From the NCBI GenBank assembly GCA_022711715.1, contig JAKLEC010000003.1, positions 1,256 to 65,255 on the forward strand: a stretch of 64,000 nucleotides of DNA. The letters are read 5' to 3'. Made by a program: the position numbers and the translations under genes. Under the pieces are notes generated by a model, which was not told the DNA's origin, did not search any database, and worked only from the letters and a program-made list of their open reading frames with translations. This document shows positions 1-8,360 of the stretch, in pieces. This DNA comes from Acidobacteriota bacterium (lineage in GTDB: Bacteria; Acidobacteriota; Aminicenantia; UBA2199). Within the stretch, counting starts at the first letter, position 1; each line of letters begins with the position of its first letter.

Positions 1-285
1 AAGCGCATGGACATCAACGTTACCCGCGCCATCATCAGGGCCGTCCTCAACGGCGAGCTGGACAAGGCCGGCACGGCCGAGGACAAGACCTTCCACATCA
101 ACATCCCCGTCGCCTGCCCGGGCGTGCCCGCTGAGATCCTGCAGCCGCGCAACACCTGGAAAGACCCCGAGGCTTTCGCCGCCCGGGCGCAGAAGCTGGC
201 CAACGAGTTCAGCGCCCAGTTCGACAAGGTCTACGGCAGCAAGGACCTGCCCGAGGCGGTGCGCCGCCAGTGCCCGGGGAAGTAA
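1..285 (+). CDS. pckA: Phosphoenolpyruvate carboxykinase (ATP), C-terminal fragment; the gene begins upstream of the window
   Basis: The frame is open from base 1. The tail ...ILQPRNTWKDPEAFAARAQKLANEF... matches the conserved C-terminus of ATP-dependent PckA. Confidence 0.85.
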   Translation, partial: KRMDINVTRAIIRAVLNGELDKAGTAEDKTFHINIPVACPGVPAEILQPRNTWKDPEAFAARAQKLANEFSAQFDKVYGSKDLPEAVRRQCPGK

Positions 286-288
286 CCA

Positions 289-519
289 AAGCGAGCTCCC
301 GTGACGCGTAACGCGTGACGCGTGACGCGAAACAACCAGTCGCGAGCCAGGACGAGGGGCGATTATTCTAGGCGATCAACTTCCGCTGAGGAACGCCATC
401 GCAAAAACGAAAACACGAACCATATAGGGGTTCAAAAACTGATTATATTGCGTAATGGTTCATTTCATTGCGGCACCATGTCACGCGTTACGCGTCACGC
501 GTCACGATAGCCCGTTCCG
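289..519. repeat. Inverted heptamer-array hairpin element, copy 1 (GTRACGC class)
   Basis: Left arm 301-329 is GTGACGC GTAACGC GTGACGC GTGACGC G. Right arm 480-506 is the complementary heptamers. 300-326 pairs with 480-506 at 25 of 27 positions. The loop is about 150 nt. The element fills the convergent pckA/tsaD gap. Confidence 0.85.
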
Positions 520-521
520 TT

Positions 522-1559
522 TTATCGGTGCCTCTTGCTCTCGCGGAACGCGGCGCGCGAGTAGGCGTTGAGGCCCAGGTCGTCGTAGCGCTCGCCGGGG
601 AAAGCGGTGTAGCGTTCGTAGCCCAGCCAGGCGATCATGGCGGCGTTGTCGGTGCAGTAGCGGGGCTCGGGCAGATAGAGAGGCAGCCCGCGCGCGCCGC
701 AGGCCTCGGCGAAGCGGCGGCGCAGCAGCGAGTTGCGGCTGACCCCGCCGGAAACGATCAGCGAGCGCACGCCCAGGAAATCGGCCGCCTCGAGGGTCTT
801 GCCCGCCAGGTACTCGACGAGCGACTCCAGGAACGAGGCCAGCAGATCGTGGAAATCGCGGCCCTGCGGCTGGATGTTCCGCTCGCGCGCCAGCCGCAGC
901 AGCGCCGCCTTGTAGCCGGAGAACGAGAAATCCTCGCCGCCGTCGCTCATGCGCGGGCGGGTGAAGCGGAAGCGCCGCGGATCGCCCCGGGCGTAGAGCT
1001 CGTCGAGCAACGGCCCCCCGGGGTAGCCCAAGCCGAAGTGCTTGGCCACCTTGTCCATGACCTCGCCGGCGGCGTCGTCGCGGGTCTTGGCGACCACCCG
1101 GCCGCTGAACTTGGCTTCCTGGTGGAACAGCGTCGTGTGCCCGCCCGACACCACCAGCGCCAGCAGCGGGTAGGCGATGCCGCCGTGGCTGATGAAAGAG
1201 GCCTCGACGTGGGCGGCGACGTGGTCGACGGCCGCCAGCGGCAGCCCGCGGGCCAGGGCCAGCCCTTTGGCGAAGGAGAGGCCCACGAGCAGCGAGCCGA
1301 CCAGGCCCGGCCCCTGTGTCACCGCCAGCAGCCCGATGTCGTCGAGGCTCACGCCGGACCGGCACAGCGCCTCTTGGCAGAGGAGTTCGATGGCCTCGTA
1401 GTGGGTGCGTGCGGCGATCTCCGGCACGATCCCGCCGAAGGGGGCGTGCAGCTCGATCTGCGACTTGATCGCCTCGGAGAGCACGGCGTTCCTCTTCCCT
1501 CTCTCGATGACGGCCACGGCCGTCTCATCGCACGAGGATTCAATGCCCAGGACGTACAA
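522..1559 (-). CDS. tsaD: tRNA N6-adenosine threonylcarbamoyltransferase TsaD (Kae1/Gcp family)
   Basis: N-terminus MYVLGIESSCDETAVAV... and full-length family similarity. TTG start with GGAGG 4 nt upstream. Confidence 0.95.
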   Translation of the reverse strand: MYVLGIESSCDETAVAVIERGKRNAVLSEAIKSQIELHAPFGGIVPEIAARTHYEAIELLCQEALCRSGVSLDDIGLLAVTQGPGLVGSLLVGLSFAKGLALARGLPLAAVDHVAAHVEASFISHGGIAYPLLALVVSGGHTTLFHQEAKFSGRVVAKTRDDAAGEVMDKVAKHFGLGYPGGPLLDELYARGDPRRFRFTRPRMSDGGEDFSFSGYKAALLRLARERNIQPQGRDFHDLLASFLESLVEYLAGKTLEAADFLGVRSLIVSGGVSRNSLLRRRFAEACGARGLPLYLPEPRYCTDNAAMIAWLGYERYTAFPGERYDDLGLNAYSRAAFRESKRHR

Positions 1560-1575
1560 GCGCCCTCCTTCATGT

Positions 1576-1604
1576 CATCATAACAAACCAGAGCTCACCG
1601 GACA
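1576..1604 (-). promoter_or_regulatory. Sigma70-like promoter candidate for tsaD (TTGTCC-17-TATGAT)
   Basis: On the minus strand, TTGTCC is at 1604-1599 and TATGAT at 1581-1576, with a 17-nt spacer. It lies about 15 nt upstream of the tsaD RBS. Confidence 0.4.
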
Positions 1605-1617
1605 ATCAAAAAGAACA

Positions 1618-1800
1618 ATTCGAGCTATCGTGACGCGTAACGCGTGACGCGTGACGCGTAAAGCCATTACCGGAAGCCACAACGAACAAATTACAAAAAG
1701 AGTACTTTTTATAACTTTCCCAGAAAGCAATCCTTGAAGGCTTCAGTTTCGGCTGATGCTCGCTGCTCGTCACGCGTCACGCGTTACGCGTCACGAAGGC
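1618..1800. repeat. Inverted heptamer-array hairpin element, copy 2 (GTRACGC class)
   Basis: 1629-1655 (CGTGACGCGTAACGCGTGACGCGTGAC) is the exact reverse complement of 1769-1795, giving a perfect 27-bp stem. The loop is about 110 nt and AT-richer. Confidence 0.9.
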
Positions 1801-1803
1801 CTG

Positions 1804-2352
1804 TTACCAGTCGCGATAGTACGTCCCGTCCAGCGCCTTCTTTTCCGAGTCGCAGTAAATGTCCCAGACGTTTTCCCCTCCCCAGTCGCGGCTGCCGAGC
1901 TTGTCCTGGAAGGAGCGCAACCCCCAGTCGCCCGTGCCGGTGATGGGGTCGGTGGGGATGTGGCGCAGGAATTTCATCACTCGGGTCTTGTTCTTCTTGT
2001 CCTTGTACTCGATGCCCTTGACCAGGTCCTCCAGCTTGAGCGGATAGCCGTAGGTGTCCTCGTCGACCTCGATCTTGTTCTCGCCCACGAACTTCTTGTA
2101 ATCGTCGATGGCCGTGCGCAGGAGGCGCAGCGCCCGGCGCAGTTCGATCTCCTTGGTGCGCTGGAAGGCGTTGTGGGCCAGGGGGATGGCGGCGGCGGCC
2201 AGGATGCCGATGATCACCGTGACCGTCAGCACCTCGATGAGGGTGAAGCCGCGCGCCGGCGCGCCGGCGCCGGAAGCGGCGGACGCGGCGCGGTTCCGCG
2301 ACGGCATGGCGGCGCCTGGGGACGAGCTAGCGGCCCCCGCCGTGCGGGTCAT
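1804..2352 (-). CDS. Prepilin-type N-terminal cleavage/methylation domain protein (GspG-like pseudopilin)
   Basis: Motif ...ARG/FTLIEVLTVTVIIGILAAAAIP... is followed by a GspG-like globular domain. The start is uncertain: 2352 overlaps the pnp stop, and Met16 at 2307 is the alternative. Confidence 0.8.
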   Translation of the reverse strand: MTRTAGAASSSPGAAMPSRNRAASAASGAGAPARGFTLIEVLTVTVIIGILAAAAIPLAHNAFQRTKEIELRRALRLLRTAIDDYKKFVGENKIEVDEDTYGYPLKLEDLVKGIEYKDKKNKTRVMKFLRHIPTDPITGTGDWGLRSFQDKLGSRDWGGENVWDIYCDSEKKALDGTYYRDW

Positions 2353-4411
2353 CCTCCAATACCTTGTGGCTGAGCTTCATCTTGTTGTCGCGGTCCAGGG
2401 AAAGCACCTTGACGTCGATCACCTGACCCAGCTTGTACTCCTGGCGCGGATCGCGGATGCGCTTGTGCGAGATCTCCGACACGTGCAGCAGGCCGGTGAC
2501 GCCGGGCATGATCTCCACGAACAGGCCGTAGTCCTCGATGCGGTTGATCTTGCCGGTGTACACCTTGTCGACTTCGGGCGAGCCGGTCAGCTCCTCGATG
2601 CGGGCCATGACCTTCTCGCCGAGCTCGCGGTTGGCGGCGGCGATGGAGACCTTGCCGTCGTCCTCGGCGTTGATTTTCACGTTGTAGGTGGCCACGAGCT
2701 CCTTGATGGTCTTGCCGCCCGGGCCGATCAGGTCGCGAATCTTGTCGACGGGGATCATCATGGTGAGGATCACCGGAGCGTACTCGGACAGCTTGGCTGC
2801 CGGCGCCGGGATCGCCGCCTTCATCTTGGCCAGGATGGACTTGTAGGCCGTGGTGGCGTCGTCGATGGTGCGGCGGATGACCTCGTCGGTCAGGCCGCCG
2901 ATCTTGATGTCGAGCTGGATGGCGGTGATGCCTTTCTCGGTGCCGGCGACCTTGAAGTCCATGTCGCCGAAGTGGTCCTCGTAACCGGCGATGTCGGTGA
3001 GCACGGCGAAGTCGTCGCCCTCCTTGACCAGCCCCATGGCGATGCCGGCCACCGGCGCCTTGATGGGCACGCCGGCGTTCATCAGCGCCAGGGTGCCGCC
3101 GCAGACCGTGGCCATGGACGAGGAACCGTTCGACTCCAGGATGTCGGAGACGACGCGGATGGTATAGGGGAAGGTCTCGTTGTCGGGGATCATCAGCTTC
3201 AGTGCCTTCTCGGCCAGGTTACCGTGGCCGATCTCGCGACGGCCGGCGCCGCGCAGGAAGCTGACCTCGCCCACGGAGAAGGGCGGGAAGTTATAGTGCA
3301 GCAGGAACTTCTTCTTGGGCTCCTCGCCGCTGAGCAGGTCGAGGCGCTGGGCGTCGTCCTCGGAGCCCAGGGTGACCGTGGACAGCGACTGCGTCTCGCC
3401 GCGGGTGAAGACGGCCGAGCCATGCACGCGCGGCAGGACGCCCAGCTCGATGGTGATCGGGCGGATCTCGGTGAAGGCGCGGTTGTCGGTACGCCGCTTT
3501 TCCTTCAGCAGCGTCGCACGGAAGACCTCCGCCTCGACGTTCTCGAACGCACCCTTGAGGCTGGCAAGCTCGGATGGATCGTCCTTGCCCTTCTGGATCT
3601 CCTCCATGATGGCCTTGATCTTCAGGCGGCGCAGGACGCGGTCCTGGGTGAAGATGGCGTCGCGGATCTGCGCCGAGAAGCGGGCGCGGATGTCAGCGGT
3701 CAGGGCATCGGTCCCGGGCTTGGCCGCCGGCATGACCTTGTCGGGGTTGACCAGCTCCTTCTGCGCCCGGCAGATGCGGGCGATCACTTCCTTGGCCCGG
3801 CGCAGCCCCTCCAGGAACACCTGGTCGGAAAACTGGTTGCCGCCGGCCTCGAGCATGACCACCTCGGTCTCGGTGCCGGCCACCAGCACGATCATGTCCA
3901 GCTCCTTGCGCATGTCCAGGCCGGGGTTGACGAAATACTGCCCCGCCTTCCAGCCGATCTTGACCGCGGCCAGCGGCGTGGTGAAGGGGATGGTCGAGGA
4001 GAGCAGGGCGGCGGAGGCGCCGATGATGCCCATGGCGTCGTAGTCGATGCTGAAGTCGGCCGACAGCAGCATGGCGATCACCTGCGTGTCGTTGTGGTAG
4101 TTCTCGGGGAACAGCGGCCGGATGGGGCGGTCGATCAGCCGGGAGAGGAGCACTTCCTTCTCCGAGGGCTTGCCCTCGCGCTTGAAGAAGCCGCCGGGGA
4201 TCTTGCCGGCCGAATAGGTGTTCTCGCGGAAGTCGACCATCAGCGGCAGGAAGTCCTGGCCCTCCTTCTCCTCGTCGCGCATGTTGGCGGTGACCAGGAT
4301 CATGTTATCCTTGTAGGTCAGCAGGGCCGAGCCGTTGGACTGGCGCGCCCAGCGGTGGATGTCGATTTTCAGCGTGGAGCCCTCTATCGGGATCTCAATG
4401 GTTTTCTGCAT
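2327..4411 (-). CDS. pnp: Polyribonucleotide nucleotidyltransferase (PNPase)
   Basis: 694 aa with two RNase PH domains plus KH and S1 regions recognisable ([12 protein letters not shown]..., C-terminal S1). Confidence 0.97.
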   Translation of the reverse strand: MQKTIEIPIEGSTLKIDIHRWARQSNGSALLTYKDNMILVTANMRDEEKEGQDFLPLMVDFRENTYSAGKIPGGFFKREGKPSEKEVLLSRLIDRPIRPLFPENYHNDTQVIAMLLSADFSIDYDAMGIIGASAALLSSTIPFTTPLAAVKIGWKAGQYFVNPGLDMRKELDMIVLVAGTETEVVMLEAGGNQFSDQVFLEGLRRAKEVIARICRAQKELVNPDKVMPAAKPGTDALTADIRARFSAQIRDAIFTQDRVLRRLKIKAIMEEIQKGKDDPSELASLKGAFENVEAEVFRATLLKEKRRTDNRAFTEIRPITIELGVLPRVHGSAVFTRGETQSLSTVTLGSEDDAQRLDLLSGEEPKKKFLLHYNFPPFSVGEVSFLRGAGRREIGHGNLAEKALKLMIPDNETFPYTIRVVSDILESNGSSSMATVCGGTLALMNAGVPIKAPVAGIAMGLVKEGDDFAVLTDIAGYEDHFGDMDFKVAGTEKGITAIQLDIKIGGLTDEVIRRTIDDATTAYKSILAKMKAAIPAPAAKLSEYAPVILTMMIPVDKIRDLIGPGGKTIKELVATYNVKINAEDDGKVSIAAANRELGEKVMARIEELTGSPEVDKVYTGKINRIEDYGLFVEIMPGVTGLLHVSEISHKRIRDPRQEYKLGQVIDVKVLSLDRDNKMKLSHKVLEDDPHGGGR

Positions 4412-4433
4412 GGTTGTCTCCTAGACGGGCGGA

Positions 4434-4703
4434 TTACTTGCGGAGTTCCAGTTCCTGGATGACCTTGACGTACTTGTCGTAGTCGGTGCGGCGCAGGTAG
4501 TTCAGCAGCTTCTTGCGCGTCGAGACCAGCGTCAGCAACCCCTTGCGCGAGTGGTTGTCCTTCTGGTGCGTCTTGAAATGCTCGGTCAGGTTGCGGATGC
4601 GCTCGGTCAGGACCGCGATCTGCACTTCCGACGAACCGGTGTCCTTCTCGTTTATCTGGAAGCGGCCGATCAGCTTCTGCTTGGTTTCCTTGGTAATGCT
4701 CAC
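4434..4703 (-). CDS. rpsO: 30S ribosomal protein S15
   Basis: (V)[15 protein letters not shown]...[13 protein letters not shown] start at 4703 preceded by GGAGG. The track ORF to 4769 is an upstream extension. Confidence 0.95.
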   Translation of the reverse strand: MSITKETKQKLIGRFQINEKDTGSSEVQIAVLTERIRNLTEHFKTHQKDNHSRKGLLTLVSTRKKLLNYLRRTDYDKYVKVIQELELRK

Positions 4704-4737
4704 AAAGTCCTCCTGTGTTGATGCGAAGTTAGCCTGT

Positions 4738-4766
4738 ATTTTACCAGAAAACGGCTGCCGTGTAAA
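4738..4766 (-). promoter_or_regulatory. Sigma70-like promoter for rpsO-pnp (TTTACA-17-TAAAAT)
   Basis: On the minus strand, TTTACA is at 4766-4761 and TAAAAT at 4743-4738, with a 17-nt spacer. It lies about 35 nt upstream of the rpsO start. Confidence 0.5.
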
Positions 4767-4790
4767 CAAGCGGGGAGAAAAACGCTTCGA

Positions 4791-6320
4791 TCAGCCCTCG
4801 GCCTGGAATCCGGCGAAGTCGATGTTGTGCTCATCCAGGGTGGTGCCCAGTACCTTGCCCACCCGCGAGAGGGACAGGCTGTAGTCGATCAGCGACTTCA
4901 GCTCGGCGATGCGGGCGTTGGCGAAGTCGCGCTGGTACTGCAGGACCTGGTAGTTGGTCGAGAGGCCGACGGCCAGCTTTTTCTGCTCGGCGGCCAGCTT
5001 CTGTTCGGCCAGCTCGCGCGAGATCCGCGTGGCTTCGACGAGCTTGGCGTTGGTCTCCAGGTCCATGATGATCTGCTTGACCTCGGAATAGACGGTGCTC
5101 TCGGTCTTTTTCAGCGTCAGCAGCGACTGCTCCAGGTTCAGCCGCGCCTGGGCCAGGTCGGCGCGGGCCGAGGCGTTGACTACGGGGACGGAGAGCTGCA
5201 GGCCGAGCGAATAGTTCTCGTACAGGCGCTTCAGCGCGTCGCGCAGCGCGTCGCTCATGCCGCCCCCGACCACGCCGGGGATAGGGATGCCGTTCTTCAG
5301 GGGCATGCCGCTCAGGCCCTGGGTGTAGTAGGACGCCGTCAGCTGCAGGTCAGGCAGGGTCTGGTTGCGGTAGTAGCGCACGTCGATGTTCCTGCTCTTG
5401 AGGTCGAGGCGCACCTGCTCGATGTCGGGCCGCTTGGCCAGGGCCTTCTCGAGGAATTCGTTGAAGTCGGCCTGCCGGGGCCGGAATAGCGGCTGGTCGG
5501 CGGGGACGATCGTCTCCGGCGCCTGGCTGGTGTTCAGGATGCGGCGCAGGTTTTCCTCGTAGGCCTGGATCTGGCTGCGCGCCTGCAGCACCTCGCCCTC
5601 GCGGGCGGCGACCTCGGCCTGGGCGGTGAGGATGTCCATGGGCGCCGAGACGCCGACCCGGACCTGGGTCTCGTTCTGCTTCAGCAGGTCCTTGGCCAGC
5701 TGCAGCGACTTCTCCTTGACCTCCAGGTTCTGGTGGGAATAGACCAGGTTCCAGTAGGCCTCCTCGGTCTGGTAGATGAGATCGATCACCTGCTGGCGCA
5801 GGGTGGCCAGCGACTTGTCCTGGTTGTGGCGGGCGAGGATGATGCTCCGGCGGGTGGCGGTCAGCCCGAAGTTTTTGAGCAGGGGCTGGGACAGGGTGAA
5901 CTGCAGCTGGGAGAAGTAGCGGGGATTGATGTACACGTCGAGCGAGTTGGTCGAGTAGCGGGAGTTCTGCAGCGCGACGTCGAGGCTGCCGCCGATCGGC
6001 AGCTGCTGCTTCAGGCTGAAGCCGTAGGAGACCGACTCGGGCTTCTCGACATCGACGCCGGTGACGATGGAAGCGTTGGGCGTCGTCTGCGACGTCTTGC
6101 GGAAGCTGAACCCCACGCTGGGGATAAAGACGGCCCGGCTCTTGCGCAGCAGCGCCTTGGCGATCTCGGGATTGGCCATCTCGATCTGCAGGTCGAGGTT
6201 GTTCTTCAGGGCCTGGTTGATGACCTCCTCGAGGCTCAGGGACTTGACCGGCCGCTCCTGCGCCGGGCCCAGCAGGGCCAAGAGATGGGCCAGCACGACC
6301 ATCGCGATCATTTTCTTCAT
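4791..6320 (-). CDS. TolC-family outer membrane efflux protein
   Basis: Signal peptide MKKMIAMVVLAHLLALLGPAQE, two repeated OEP halves and coiled-coil-rich sequence. Start chosen at the ATG at 6320, which has an upstream GGAGG. Confidence 0.85.
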   Translation of the reverse strand: MKKMIAMVVLAHLLALLGPAQERPVKSLSLEEVINQALKNNLDLQIEMANPEIAKALLRKSRAVFIPSVGFSFRKTSQTTPNASIVTGVDVEKPESVSYGFSLKQQLPIGGSLDVALQNSRYSTNSLDVYINPRYFSQLQFTLSQPLLKNFGLTATRRSIILARHNQDKSLATLRQQVIDLIYQTEEAYWNLVYSHQNLEVKEKSLQLAKDLLKQNETQVRVGVSAPMDILTAQAEVAAREGEVLQARSQIQAYEENLRRILNTSQAPETIVPADQPLFRPRQADFNEFLEKALAKRPDIEQVRLDLKSRNIDVRYYRNQTLPDLQLTASYYTQGLSGMPLKNGIPIPGVVGGGMSDALRDALKRLYENYSLGLQLSVPVVNASARADLAQARLNLEQSLLTLKKTESTVYSEVKQIIMDLETNAKLVEATRISRELAEQKLAAEQKKLAVGLSTNYQVLQYQRDFANARIAELKSLIDYSLSLSRVGKVLGTTLDEHNIDFAGFQAEG

Positions 6321-6420
6321 CGGACGCCTCCAGCGTAGGAAATCCATACGGAAATAGAACAAAAAAGTTCACCGGGGCTTGCAGGATGCCCCGATATTGG
6401 CGGAAAATTTCAGCGAATGC

Positions 6421-7401
6421 CTACGCCAGGCCCTTTTCGGCCAGCCATTCGTCGTTGTAGATGGTGCTCAGGTAGCGGGAGGCGCCGTCGGGGAAGACGG
6501 TGACGATGCGCGCCGGCCCGTCGAGGCGCTTGGCCAGTTGCCGCACTCCCCACAGGGCCGCGCCGCTCGACCCCCCCACCAGGAGTCCTTCGCGGCGGGC
6601 GATCTCGCGGGCGGTGAGGAACGCCTCGCGATCGGTCACCTGCAGCATGTCGTCGATGTGGGTGAATACGGCGCAGCCGATGAGGAACTCGTCGCCCAGG
6701 CCCTCGATCAGGTAGGGGCCGGGCTTGACCAGTTTCCGGTGATGGAAATAGTCGTGGAAGACCGATCCCAGGGGATCGACGGCGATCACCCGGATGCGCG
6801 GGTCCTTCTCCTTCAGGAAGCGGGCGGTCCCGCCGACGGTGCCGCCGGTGCCGATGCCGGCGACGAAATAATCGATGCGCCCCTCCATCTGCTCCCAGAT
6901 CTCCGGGCCGGTCCCCCGGTAGTGGGCCTCGTTGTTGTCGAGGTTGTTGTGCTGGTCGGGGAAGAAGCAATTGGGGGTCTCCCGGGCCAGGCGCGGCGTG
7001 ATGTTGTTGTAACTGTCGGGATGCTCGGGCGGCAGGGTGCTGTCCACCATGTGGATCTCGACGCCGAGAGCCCGGAGCTGATCCAGCTTCTCGCGGCTGA
7101 TGCGGTCGCGCACCACCACCTTCAGGCGGTACCCCTTTTGCAGGGCGATCAGGGCCAGGCCGAGGGCGGTGTTTCCCGAGGAGTTCTCGATGATCAGGTC
7201 GCCCGGCTTGATCTTTCCCTCCCGTTCGGCCTTCTCGATCATGTAGCGGGCGATGCGGTCCTTGGAGCTGCCCATGGGATTGAGGAATTCCAGCTTGGCG
7301 TAGACCTCGCCGGGGATGTCCTGGGCGATCCGGTTCAGCCGCACCAGCGGCGTGTGGCCGATGACGTCGATGACGCTCTGACAGCAGCGGGCTTTATTCA
7401 T
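6421..7401 (-). CDS. PLP-dependent cysteine synthase / cystathionine beta-synthase family protein
   Basis: GHTPLVRLNR...LEFLNPMGSSKDR (PLP lysine motif)...GTGGT loop. 326 aa with no CBS pair. Confidence 0.85.
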   Translation of the reverse strand: MNKARCCQSVIDVIGHTPLVRLNRIAQDIPGEVYAKLEFLNPMGSSKDRIARYMIEKAEREGKIKPGDLIIENSSGNTALGLALIALQKGYRLKVVVRDRISREKLDQLRALGVEIHMVDSTLPPEHPDSYNNITPRLARETPNCFFPDQHNNLDNNEAHYRGTGPEIWEQMEGRIDYFVAGIGTGGTVGGTARFLKEKDPRIRVIAVDPLGSVFHDYFHHRKLVKPGPYLIEGLGDEFLIGCAVFTHIDDMLQVTDREAFLTAREIARREGLLVGGSSGAALWGVRQLAKRLDGPARIVTVFPDGASRYLSTIYNDEWLAEKGLA

Positions 7402-7442
7402 CGTGACCTCGGGAGGAACGCGAAAATCAAGCGGAAGGGAGG

Positions 7443-7471
7443 ATTTTACTCCAAAAGCAGGGACGAGTAAA
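7443..7471 (-). promoter_or_regulatory. Sigma70-like promoter candidate for the cysteine-synthase-family gene (TTTACT-17-TAAAAT)
   Basis: On the minus strand, TTTACT is at 7471-7466 and TAAAAT at 7448-7443, with a 17-nt spacer. It directly abuts repeat copy 3. Confidence 0.4.
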
Positions 7472-7480
7472 GATGAACCG

Positions 7481-7730
7481 AACTATCGTGACGCGTAACG
7501 CGTGACGCGTGACGAGTAACAGCAATGAAACGATACGGCGTTCAATCGCCGATGACCAACCGTGCTTCCCCGGACGATCAAGCAAGCGGCAGCAGAAAAC
7601 TATGATAAATTGAATGTCCCTGGTTCAATCGGAGCGGAAAAGTCCAATTCGCCGGCTCGGCTTTCCCGTACGCCCTATGCCGTACGCCAAGCTCCTTTCT
7701 TATTACCCGCGCGTTACGCGTCACGATTGC
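7481..7730. repeat. Inverted heptamer-array hairpin element, copy 3 (GTRACGC class)
   Basis: 7485-7502 (ATCGTGACGCGTAACGCG) is the exact reverse complement of 7710-7727. The left array continues to about 7520. The loop of about 190 nt contains CGTACGC CCTATGC CGTACGC heptamers at 7667-7687. Confidence 0.85.
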
Positions 7731-8053
7731 TCATCCTTCAACAAAGCTATGAGCTTGCGATACCCGGGATCGGCCTGCACAATCTCGATCCCCAGCCCCA
7801 CCGGCGCCTCCTCCCCCTGGACATCCGGCTTCTGTCTTTTCCACACCACCAGGCCGGTGACGGAGTAGATGTCGTCGCCCGAGGCAAGGAGGATCCGCAG
7901 CCGGCTGCGCCGGCGGATGACCCGGGTGGTGGCGACGCACATCCCGCGGCGCGAAATGTTCACCGTCACCCCCATCTGGTCCAGGCCGCGGCGGCTGATG
8001 TCGACCAGCAGGCTTTTCCTGACCCTTGGCTCCTTGCGTTTCCTTGTTTTCAT
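7721..8053 (-). CDS. PilZ domain protein (putative c-di-GMP receptor)
   Basis: 110 aa with RxxxR-like RVRKS and D/NxSxxG-like DISRRG / NISRRGMCV motifs. Confidence 0.75.
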   Translation of the reverse strand: MKTRKRKEPRVRKSLLVDISRRGLDQMGVTVNISRRGMCVATTRVIRRRSRLRILLASGDDIYSVTGLVVWKRQKPDVQGEEAPVGLGIEIVQADPGYRKLIALLKDEQS

Positions 8054-8295
8054 TCTTTTAATGTAATTATAGTATGAACCATTTCGTTAAAGCAAAAGCA
8101 ATGCATGTGCCAACCGGGTGGTGGATGGGATCGTCCAGCCAAGCCGGACAGAATTGGCCGTGTTTAGGCGGTTTATTTTTCCTAATTTTTATTCAAGGAT
8201 GGAATTTGAAAAATAAATTTGACAATTTTTTGTCGTTTCGAGTGTGTATTTTTTTTACTTTTATTACATCCAAGAAAAATTCTAGAAAAATTAAG

Positions 8296-8324
8296 TTGAC
8301 GGCAGGGGAAAGAAATGCTATATT
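8296..8324 (+). promoter_or_regulatory. Sigma70-like promoter for the SPFH operon (TTGACG-17-TATATT)
   Basis: TTGACG at 8296-8301 and TATATT at 8319-8324, inside the AT-rich island. GGAGG RBS lies before the ATG at 8361. Confidence 0.5.
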
Positions 8325-8360
8325 TATGATATCATTTCGATAGCACAAGAGGAGGAACTA

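Noticed and set aside
301-506. CRISPR-like interpretation of the repeated GTGACGC/ACGCGT tracts
   Set aside because: The units are only 6-7 nt, tandem with no spacers, and arranged as inverted arm pairs. There are no cas genes and no regular repeat-spacer periodicity.
322-510. 62-aa ORF inside hairpin element copy 1, and similar small ORFs in the other elements
   Set aside because: Both ends are encoded by the repeat arms. There is no RBS, and nothing is conserved between element copies at the protein level.
2108-4462. 784-aa ORF on the plus strand covering the whole pnp locus
   Set aside because: It is antisense to a clearly conserved PNPase. The translation is low-complexity (A/G/D/L/V/R/H-rich) with no motifs. 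This is a typical stop-free shadow frame of high-GC3 genes.
4704-4769. Longer rpsO start (111-aa ORF), and the analogous upstream extension of ligA (54038-54124)
   Set aside because: The extensions lack homology to S15 or LigA N-termini. Internal starts with good RBS give canonical-length proteins.
7481-7730. Integron attC-site interpretation of the imperfect inverted repeats
   Set aside because: No RYYYAAC/GTTRRRY core sites sit at the boundaries, no intI gene is present, and the elements flank ordinary housekeeping genes rather than promoterless cassettes.
8074-8343. 89-aa ORF in the AT-rich island
   Set aside because: The composition-driven F/I/K/N-rich sequence has no RBS and spans the promoter motifs of the flanking genes.
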